The notes under the pieces: generated by a model
The model's database searches: none
Told to the model about the DNA's origin: nothing
What the model saw: only the letters and a program-made list of their open reading frames with translations
Program-made: the position numbers and the translations under genes
Assembly: GCA_035605775.1 (NCBI GenBank)
Contig: DATNGU010000091.1
Coordinates: 1-29,519, forward strand
Source: Solirubrobacterales bacterium
GTDB taxonomy: Bacteria > Actinomycetota > Thermoleophilia > Solirubrobacterales > 70-9
Length of the DNA: 29,519 bases
Direction of reading: 5' to 3'
In this document: positions 9,232 through 16,096 of the stretch, in pieces
Layout of the letters: every line of letters begins with the position of its first letter
Position numbering within the stretch: the first letter of the stretch is position 1

Positions 9232-9367
9232 TAGGCGCTCCACTTCGCTTGCCGCTTGGGTGAGAAAGGCAGCCCAACCCAATGCAGGTGTGTGGTCGCT
9301 GCCTTGGTTGGCTTGCGGGCCCGCCGCCACAACAGCTAGGCAGGCAGGTGCCAGACGCTGTCGCCTA
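9232..9367. repeat. Diverged third copy of the structured intergenic element
   Basis: TAGGCG/CGCCTA closing stem, GCTCCACTT identical to copy 2, GCTTGCC/GGCAGGC inner stem, GTGCCAGACG vs GTACAAGACG box. The right end coincides with the TAG of the adjacent gene. Confidence 0.55.
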
Positions 9368-9988
9368 GCGGCGCTTCTTCGGCAGGGTGCGGAAAACGAC
9401 ATCCCACAGCGGGGAGGAGACGCCGTAGCCGAAGCGGTGGTCCTGAAAGTGGTGACGCATGTGCTGCTCGCGCAGCCGTTTGCCTAGGTCGGACTTGGGC
9501 ACGAAGTGGTGCACGTAATAGTGCGTGTAGTCGTAGAAGAGGTAGCCGGCGATGAAGCCGCCGAACAGCGGATAGGCGGCGGGGGTGCCGAATAGGAGCA
9601 TGAAGCCGAAGAAAAAGAGCGCGGCCAGCGGTATCGAGACGGCCGGCGGCATAACCAGCCGCATCTTGTCGTTTGGATGGTCGTGGTGGATGCCGTGGAT
9701 GATGAAATGCATGCGCCGCCCGAACGCATTGTCGGGCTCCCAGTGGAAGACAAGCCGGTGCAGCCAGTACTCGGTCAGCGTCCAGATGCCGATCCCGCCG
9801 AGGCTGAGCAGGAGAAGCTGCCAGGCGGTCTCGCCCTGGTCAGCAGCAAGCCACTCCATCGCGGTGATCACGGGAATGAAGACGATCGCTGGGATCGCCG
9901 GATGTACCCGCGAGAAGAAGTTGAGGAAGTCGCTCTCGAAGAGCTGCGGCGAGGCCGAGAGCTTCTCGGTGCGGTTGTGAGCCTCCAT
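9365..9988 (-). CDS. Fatty acid hydroxylase / sterol desaturase family protein (FA2H-like)
   Basis: Four His boxes: HRLVFH, HGIHHDHP, HYYVHH, HMRHHF. Hydrophobic segments; C-terminal GYGVSSPLWDVVFRT. Confidence 0.88.
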   Translation of the reverse strand: MEAHNRTEKLSASPQLFESDFLNFFSRVHPAIPAIVFIPVITAMEWLAADQGETAWQLLLLSLGGIGIWTLTEYWLHRLVFHWEPDNAFGRRMHFIIHGIHHDHPNDKMRLVMPPAVSIPLAALFFFGFMLLFGTPAAYPLFGGFIAGYLFYDYTHYYVHHFVPKSDLGKRLREQHMRHHFQDHRFGYGVSSPLWDVVFRTLPKKRR

Positions 9989-10085
9989 CCGGATCCCAAT
10001 GGTAGCGACGGCAGCTACGACATTCGCAAGACGCGGGGAAGATGTGAAGAGACTGTGTAAAAGACGTTGCGCTTTGCGGGAATAG

Positions 10086-10103
10086 GCGTCACGAAAGTGT
10101 CAC
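10086..10103 (+). promoter_or_regulatory. 11-bp-period direct repeat resembling an OmpR/PhoB-family box
   Basis: GCGTCAC-GAAA-GTGTCAC in the divergent promoter region between the hydroxylase and the Cys-rich ORF. Confidence 0.3.
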
Positions 10104-10125
10104 GACGATGGCAAGATGCGCGCCG

Positions 10126-10314
10126 ATGCCCCGCAAGCCAAAGCCGCCCAGTTGCGACGATTGCTACTTTCGCAAGAACCTGCTTTGCGCGCTCGAGCTG
10201 GAGGAGCCCTGCACGACCTTTCGGCCCAACCGTCCCGAGGGCCTTGTACCGCCCCGGCAGCCGGTCTTGCTCATGCGTCCGCCGCGTTGGGCAACCCAGT
10301 CCCAGACCGCCTAG
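10126..10314 (+). CDS. Small Cys-rich hypothetical protein (putative metal-binding)
   Basis: MPRKPKPPSCDDCYFRKNLLCALELEEPCTTFRP: CxxC-x7-C-x7-C; coding-like codon usage. Alternative start at 10108. Confidence 0.6.
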   Translation: MPRKPKPPSCDDCYFRKNLLCALELEEPCTTFRPNRPEGLVPPRQPVLLMRPPRWATQSQTA

Positions 10315-10364
10315 AGAGGTCGAGGCCACTCCGCTACTCCTCGGCGGGGGCTATGTTTCCCCCT

Positions 10365-10808
10365 ATGCCAGAGCGAGACGTATTTGCCAACTTTGCGCGC
10401 ATGCGTAGGGAGATGGATCAGATGCTTGGCGGTGCCTGGGGGCGGACGACTTATGTGAGCCGGCGGAGCACCGGGTTTTCGCCCAACGTCGATGTTTATT
10501 ACTGCGGCGATCCGCAGCGAGCTGTGATTAAGGTGGATCTGGCAGGGGTGGACTTGGACCAGGTCGGAATCGAGGTCAGCGGGCGGCAGCTTGCCATCGT
10601 GGGCGAGCGACCGGTGCAAGAGACTGAGGGCCGCGTCTACCAGCAGGTCGAGATCCCCTCGGGTCCCTTTCGCCGCATCGTCGAGCTGCAGGTCGACGTC
10701 GACCCCGACTGCGCCAAGGCGACCTACGAAGACGGCGTGCTGCGGATCGATCTGCCGCTGCGCGATCCGTCGCAGACGACCCGCCGGGTGCCGATAGGAC
10801 GCGACTGA
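10365..10808 (+). CDS. Hsp20/alpha-crystallin family small heat-shock protein
   Basis: PNVDVY...VIKVDLAGVD...IEVSGRQLAIVGER...GPFRRIVEL...ATYEDGVLRIDLP. Start chosen 7 nt after TATGTT (alternative 10353). The stop overlaps the lon start (TGATG). Confidence 0.9.
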   Translation: MPERDVFANFARMRREMDQMLGGAWGRTTYVSRRSTGFSPNVDVYYCGDPQRAVIKVDLAGVDLDQVGIEVSGRQLAIVGERPVQETEGRVYQQVEIPSGPFRRIVELQVDVDPDCAKATYEDGVLRIDLPLRDPSQTTRRVPIGRD

Positions 10809-13192
10809 TGGAGAGCTCGCCGGTTCTCGAGGTAGTCGAGTCAGAGCTCGACGCAGAGGACGCGATCCGCGCAAACCAGCCGCTGCCCGACGCGCTGCCG
10901 GTACTGCCGCTGCGCGAGACGGTTACCTTCCCCGAGACGCTGACGCCGCTCGCAGTTGGCCAGGAGCGCTCGATCAAGCTGGTCGACGACGTGCTCGGCG
11001 CTAACCGCATGTTGGCGATGGTCGCAGCGCGCGACCCCGAGGACGAGGAGCCGGGTCCCGCCGGGCTCTACGGCGTAGGCGTCGTCGGTGTTGTCGCCCG
11101 CATGCTGAAAGTCCCCGACGGGACGCTGCGCATCCTCGTCCAGGGAACCCAGCGGGTGCGACTAGGCCCGTACGTCGCCGAGGAGCCCTATCTGGTGGCG
11201 CGGATCGCCGAGCAGCAGGACGTGGTCGAAGAGGGCCCCGAGCTGGAGGCGCTGACCCGCAACGTGCAGCGCACCTTCTCGGAGATCGTCGAGCACATCC
11301 CCTATCTGCCCGAGGAGCTGCAGATGGCGGTGGCCAACATCGAGGACCCCGCCGCCCTCGGCCACCTGATTGCTGGCGCCCTGCGCATCTCGACCGAGGA
11401 AAAGCAGGAGTTGCTGGAAGAGGTCGACGTCGCCGCGCGGCTGCGCCGGCTCTCGCAGATCCTCGCCCGCGAGCTGGAGGTCGTCCAGCTCGGCAGCCAG
11501 ATCCAGTCCCAGGTCCAGTCCGAAGTCGACAAAGGCCAGCGCGAGTTCTTCCTGCGCCAGCAGATGAAAGCGATCCAAGACGAGCTGGGGGAGGGGGACG
11601 AGCAGCAGGCAGAGGTCAACGAGCTGCGCCAGCGCGTTGAGGAAGCTGAACTTCCGGGGCACGCGCGCAAAGCTGCCGAGCGCGAGCTCTCGCGACTGGA
11701 AAAACTGCCCCCGGCGGCGGCTGAGCATGGCGTCATCCGTACCTACCTCGAGTGGCTGGTAGAGCTCCCTTGGTCGAAACGGACCGAGGACAACCTCGAT
11801 ATCTCCCACGCCCGCGAGGTGCTCGACGCCGACCACTACGACCTGGAGAAAGTCAAGGACCGCATCCTCGAGTACCTGGCGGTGCGCAAGCTGAAGCCCG
11901 ACTCGCCGGGGCCGATCCTCTGCTTCGTCGGCCCGCCGGGTGTCGGCAAGACCAGCCTTGGGCGCTCGATCGGGAAGGCGCTAGGGCGGGAATTCGAGCG
12001 GATATCGGTCGGCGGGGTCCGCGACGAGGCTGAGATCCGCGGCCACCGCCGCACCTATATCGGCGCCATGCCCGGCACCATCATCCGTGCCCTGCGCGAT
12101 GCCGGCTCGTGCAACCCGGTCTTCATGATCGACGAGATCGACAAGATGGGGGCCGACTTCCGTGGCGATCCTGCTTCGGCGATGCTGGAGGTGCTCGACC
12201 CGGCGCAGAACGACAGCTTCCGCGACCACTATCTCGATCTCGAGTTCGACCTCTCCGAGGTCCTCTTCATCGCCACCGCGAACATCCTCGACACCGTCCC
12301 CGGCCCGCTCCAGGACCGGATGGAGACGATCGAGCTGGCCGGCTACACCTTGGAGGAGAAGCGCCATATCGCCCGCCGCTACCTCGTTCCCCGCCAGATT
12401 GAGGCGAACGGGTTAAAGCCCTCGCAGATCGAGTTCTCCGACTCGGCTCTGACCGCGATCATCGAGGAGTACACGCGCGAGGCCGGCGTCCGCAACCTCG
12501 AGCGCCAGATCGGCACGATCTGCCGCAAAGTCGCCCGCGACGTCGCCGAGGGAAAGGCGAAAGGCAAGGTCAAGATCTCGGCGAAGCGGGCGCGGGAGAT
12601 GCTCGGCCGCCGCCGCTTCTTCGCGGAGCAGCGGCGCCGCACCAAAGATCCGGGCGTCGCCACTGGGCTCGCGTGGACGCCGACGGGCGGCGACGTGCTT
12701 TTCATCGAGGCGACCGCGATGCCGGGCTCAGGCAAGCTGACGATCACCGGCCAGCTCGGCGACGTGATGAAAGAGTCGGCTCAGGCGGCGCTCTCCTACG
12801 TGCGCGGCCACTGGCGCGAGATCGCGTCCGGTCGGGACGAGAACTGGTTCGCCGAGCACGACATCCACATCCACGTCCCGGCCGGCGCAGTGCCGAAGGA
12901 CGGGCCCTCGGCCGGCGTAGCGATGACGGTGGCGCTGGCATCGTTGATCTCCGGCCGGCCGGTCCGCAACGACGTCGCGATGACCGGCGAGGTCACCCTG
13001 ACCGGCCAGGTGCTGCCGATCGGCGGGCTCAAGGAGAAGTCGTTGGCCGCGCAGCGGGCGGGGATCAAGCGGGTGATCGTGCCCAAACGCAACGAAGGTG
13101 ACGTGGCCGAGATTCCCGAGCACGAGCGCAGCGCGCTGGAGTTCGTCTACGTCGACGAGGTCGCCAGTGCAATCGACGCCGCTCTAGCCTAA
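10808..13192 (+). CDS. lon: ATP-dependent Lon protease (LonA)
   Basis: LPVLPLRE N-domain, GPPGVGKTS Walker A, MIDEIDK Walker B, GHRRTYIGAMPG, PKDGPSAG (catalytic Ser), IGGLKEK (catalytic Lys). Confidence 0.97.
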   Translation: MESSPVLEVVESELDAEDAIRANQPLPDALPVLPLRETVTFPETLTPLAVGQERSIKLVDDVLGANRMLAMVAARDPEDEEPGPAGLYGVGVVGVVARMLKVPDGTLRILVQGTQRVRLGPYVAEEPYLVARIAEQQDVVEEGPELEALTRNVQRTFSEIVEHIPYLPEELQMAVANIEDPAALGHLIAGALRISTEEKQELLEEVDVAARLRRLSQILARELEVVQLGSQIQSQVQSEVDKGQREFFLRQQMKAIQDELGEGDEQQAEVNELRQRVEEAELPGHARKAAERELSRLEKLPPAAAEHGVIRTYLEWLVELPWSKRTEDNLDISHAREVLDADHYDLEKVKDRILEYLAVRKLKPDSPGPILCFVGPPGVGKTSLGRSIGKALGREFERISVGGVRDEAEIRGHRRTYIGAMPGTIIRALRDAGSCNPVFMIDEIDKMGADFRGDPASAMLEVLDPAQNDSFRDHYLDLEFDLSEVLFIATANILDTVPGPLQDRMETIELAGYTLEEKRHIARRYLVPRQIEANGLKPSQIEFSDSALTAIIEEYTREAGVRNLERQIGTICRKVARDVAEGKAKGKVKISAKRAREMLGRRRFFAEQRRRTKDPGVATGLAWTPTGGDVLFIEATAMPGSGKLTITGQLGDVMKESAQAALSYVRGHWREIASGRDENWFAEHDIHIHVPAGAVPKDGPSAGVAMTVALASLISGRPVRNDVAMTGEVTLTGQVLPIGGLKEKSLAAQRAGIKRVIVPKRNEGDVAEIPEHERSALEFVYVDEVASAIDAALA

Positions 13193-13197
13193 ACGCT

Positions 13198-14739
13198 ATG
13201 GAGGCAGCCGAGGCGCTGGGCCGGGGCGCCCTCTCGACCTACTACGAAGCGATTCGAGAGGTGGCGCGGGCACGCTCGCGTGCCTTCTGGATTGTCGCCG
13301 GTCTGACCGTCCTCGCCGCGGGCTTGCGTTTTGCGACCCTCGGCGCCCAGTCCTACCACCACGACGAGATTGTCACCGCCAGCCGTATCCTGCGCGCGGA
13401 CTTCTGGCACGCGATGGAAGCGGTCGGCTTCAGCGAGTCGGCGCCGCCGCTCTACTACGCGCTGGCTTGGGTCTGGACACAGCTGACCGGAAGTGGCGAG
13501 TTCGGCCTGCGCTCGCTCTCGGCTCTGGCCGGGGTGGCGATGGTGCCGGTCGCCTACCTGCTCGGCGCCGAGCTGCGCGGGCGGCGGGCGGGGATCGTTG
13601 CCGCAGCGCTGGTCGCGGTCAACCCGATGCTGCTCTGGTACTCGCAGGAGGCGCGCGGCTACGCTCTGCTGGCGCTCTTCACCACCGTCGCCGCCCTCTA
13701 CTTCGTGCGGGCGCTCGATGGCGGGCGGCGCCGGGATTTCACCGCTTGGGGCATCGCCTCTTCGCTGGCCCTTGCCACCCACTACTTCGCCATCTTCCCG
13801 ATCCTCTTCGAGGCGGTCTGGTTGCTGCGGCGCCGCGGCCGTGAATCAGTCGCCGGTCTCTGGATCATCCTCGCCGCCGGGATCGCGCTGGCGCCGCTGG
13901 CGATCCACCAGATGTCGCTCGGCCACGCCGAGTGGATCGGCGGCCGCAGCCTTGGGCACCGCATCTGGGAGGTCGGCGTCACGTTTGTCGTCGGCGAGAC
14001 CGGCGACATCATCGCCCGGTCCGAGACCGTGCTGCCCGCGGTCGTACCGTTGCTGGCGATCCTTGCCGCTCTGCTCTTGCTCGCGGCGCGCGGTGAGGAG
14101 GGCGAGCGGCGAGCCGGCGGGCGGATGCTGGCGATCGCCGCCGCCACGGTCGCGGTGCCACTGGCGATCGCGTTGCTCGCGCCCGGCAAGGACTACGTGA
14201 TCGCCCGCAACCTGTTACCGGCTCTGGTGCCGTTGCTGGTTGCCGTGGCGATCGGCACGACACTCGGCGCCGCGCGCCGCCGCGGCGCAGTCGTCGCCTC
14301 GCTGCTCGTCGTCTACTCGCTCGGTTTCTGCATCTGGTCGAGCCTCTCACCGGCGTTGCAGCGGCCCGACTGGAACGCCGTCGCGGCGCGCCTCGGGGAG
14401 CCGCAAGCGCCCCGGGCGATCGTTACCTGGACCCTGGGGGAGGCATCGTTGCGCTACTACCTCTCGACCGGTTCCTTCCAGGTCCTGCCAGCCGACGGCT
14501 ACTCCTGGAACGTGCACGAGGTCGACTTCGTCTCCGACGGCCCGGCCCCGCCGGTTCCCACTCGCCTGCTTGGCCCGCGGTTCCGTCAGGTCGGCTACGA
14601 GCGGGTCGGCCGCCTCTATGTGAGGCACTACGCGCTGCCAGGGCCCGACCTCGCCCACCTGCGCTTACGGCACCTGCGCAACGTGCAGCTCAACTTTCGT
14701 TCCAACGGTGTCCTGCTGGACGGGATTGGACCGGGCTGA
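13198..14739 (+). CDS. GT-C fold membrane glycosyltransferase (GT39/PMT-like)
   Basis: QSYHHDE acidic motif after the first TM, PPLYY, LRSLSAL, NPMLLWYSQEARGYAL, THYFA; many TM helices. Exact start uncertain. Confidence 0.75.
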   Translation: MEAAEALGRGALSTYYEAIREVARARSRAFWIVAGLTVLAAGLRFATLGAQSYHHDEIVTASRILRADFWHAMEAVGFSESAPPLYYALAWVWTQLTGSGEFGLRSLSALAGVAMVPVAYLLGAELRGRRAGIVAAALVAVNPMLLWYSQEARGYALLALFTTVAALYFVRALDGGRRRDFTAWGIASSLALATHYFAIFPILFEAVWLLRRRGRESVAGLWIILAAGIALAPLAIHQMSLGHAEWIGGRSLGHRIWEVGVTFVVGETGDIIARSETVLPAVVPLLAILAALLLLAARGEEGERRAGGRMLAIAAATVAVPLAIALLAPGKDYVIARNLLPALVPLLVAVAIGTTLGAARRRGAVVASLLVVYSLGFCIWSSLSPALQRPDWNAVAARLGEPQAPRAIVTWTLGEASLRYYLSTGSFQVLPADGYSWNVHEVDFVSDGPAPPVPTRLLGPRFRQVGYERVGRLYVRHYALPGPDLAHLRLRHLRNVQLNFRSNGVLLDGIGPG

Positions 14740-14802
14740 TAGCGGGAAGTGAATTGGAGTTATCCTGAGCATCCCCCAGAGCAGACTTAGCGAGGAGATG
14801 GC

Positions 14803-15234
14803 ATGACCAAGACGAAAAAGGCGGCCCAGGCTGCGGATCTCTATTCCACCGCCCGCGAAAACCCGTACGTGCAGCGCCTGATCGACGACGAAGAGCTGCG
14901 CGACAACCTCCGCGACGCCTTCGAAGCCGCCCGCGGCGCCTACAGCCGGGCGACCGGCAACGGCAAGGGCACCGTCAAGGCCGTGACCAGTGACAAGAAG
15001 GTGCAGAAGGACCTGCGCACCGCGGCGGAGAGCCTACGCGAGGCCTCCGAGCAGCTACGCGCGCCGAGGAAGCGTAAGAAGAGCCGCCTGGGCCGTCTCA
15101 TCCTCTTCGGGATCGTCGCCGGGGCAGTCGCGATGGTGCTCAGTGAGGGTGCCCGCAAGACCGTGCTCGACGCTCTCTTCGGCGCCGAGGAGGAGTTCGA
15201 GTACACGAGCACGACCAGCATCAACGGCGCCTGA
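14803..15234 (+). CDS. Hypothetical protein, helical, with basic stretch and C-terminal hydrophobic segment
   Basis: GAGGAG RBS, strongly biased codons, RKRKKSR followed by LGRLILFGIVAGAVAMVL. Confidence 0.75.
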   Translation: MTKTKKAAQAADLYSTARENPYVQRLIDDEELRDNLRDAFEAARGAYSRATGNGKGTVKAVTSDKKVQKDLRTAAESLREASEQLRAPRKRKKSRLGRLILFGIVAGAVAMVLSEGARKTVLDALFGAEEEFEYTSTTSINGA

Positions 15235-15325
15235 CGGCCCCAGGAGTTGTCATACGGCGTCCTCGGTCGGCCGGCTGCGGGTCACGCACTAACTGTGCGC
15301 TCCCCTTGCCAGCCTCCCTGCGTCC

Positions 15326-15368
15326 TTGTCTGACAAATCCTGGGTCTCGTCAGTCGGCACTAGACTGA
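15326..15368. promoter_or_regulatory. Two palindromes immediately upstream of the TetR gene (candidate auto-operators)
   Basis: TTGTC-T-GACAA (15326-15336) and TCAGTC-N7-GACTGA (15350-15368); the latter overlaps the TAGACT -10-like hexamer. Confidence 0.45.
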
Positions 15369-15374
15369 TTCCCT

Positions 15375-15983
15375 ATGGAGGCAGCAACCAAAGAGCGCGA
15401 GCTGAGCGGGGAAAAGGCGCAGCGCATCATCGATGCGATGCGCGACAGCGTCGCCAAACGCGGCGCCGCTGGATCCACCTTCGAGCATGTCGCTCGCGAG
15501 GCCGGCGTCAGCCGTGGTCTCCTCCATTACTACTTCGGCACCAAGGAGCGGCTGTTGGTCGAGGTCGTCCGCCGCGACGCCGAGATCCGCGTGGCTCGCC
15601 TCGACGAGCCGCTGGGCAAGGCCGAGACCGTCGACGACGTGATCGAGGTGCTGGTCGACAACCTCACCGACCTGATCGAGAACGAACCGGCTTTCTTCCT
15701 GCTCCTCTACGAGCTCTTCAGCGCCGGGCGGCGCAACCCCGACATCCGCCACGAGGTTGGCCAGCTCTTCGACCGCACCCGCTCACACGTCGCCGAGATC
15801 CTCGAAGCGAAGGAGCGCGAGGGCGTGCTCAGCTTGCGCTACGACGCCGAGGCCATCGTCGCGTATCTATTCGCGGTCGGCGACGGCTTCGCGCTGCAGG
15901 CTCTCTCCGAGCCCGATCGCAACATCGGCGACGCGCTTGCCGCGGGCGCGGCGTCGGCGCGTTTCCTGCTCGCCGGCGAGTAG
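15375..15983 (+). CDS. TetR/AcrR family transcriptional regulator
   Basis: RIIDAMRDSVAKRGAAGSTFEHVAREAGVSRGLLHYYFGTKERLL N-terminal HTH. Confidence 0.93.
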   Translation: MEAATKERELSGEKAQRIIDAMRDSVAKRGAAGSTFEHVAREAGVSRGLLHYYFGTKERLLVEVVRRDAEIRVARLDEPLGKAETVDDVIEVLVDNLTDLIENEPAFFLLLYELFSAGRRNPDIRHEVGQLFDRTRSHVAEILEAKEREGVLSLRYDAEAIVAYLFAVGDGFALQALSEPDRNIGDALAAGAASARFLLAGE

Positions 15984-16001
15984 GTCCGAGCATCGCCGTT
16001 G

Positions 16002-16095
16002 GCGACTTAGTCGCACATATTGCGACCAACGCGCCACGCGCGTGATCCTCCTCACAGTCTTGGCGGCCTTGCTGAGCAAGGCTGGCTAACCAGCC
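16002..16095. promoter_or_regulatory. Palindrome-rich region upstream of the MMPL gene
   Basis: GCGAC-TTA-GTCGC, GTCGCA-CATAT-TGCGAC (16010-16026), GCCTTGCT-G-AGCAAGGC (16066-16082, perfect 8-1-8), GGCTGG-CTAA-CCAGCC (16080-16095). Confidence 0.45.
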
Positions 16096-16096
16096 A

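Noticed and set aside
9266-9311. H-type pseudoknot (AAGGCAGC/GCTGCCTT plus CCAACC/GGTTGG)
   Set aside because: Both connecting loops would be 0 nt, which is sterically implausible. At best these are alternative pairings.
10315-10364. CIRCE, HAIR or ROSE heat-shock control element before hsp20-lon
   Set aside because: No TTAGCACTC-N9-GAGTGCTAA or CTTGAGT-N7-ACTCAAG is present, and a probably leaderless mRNA leaves no room for a thermometer.
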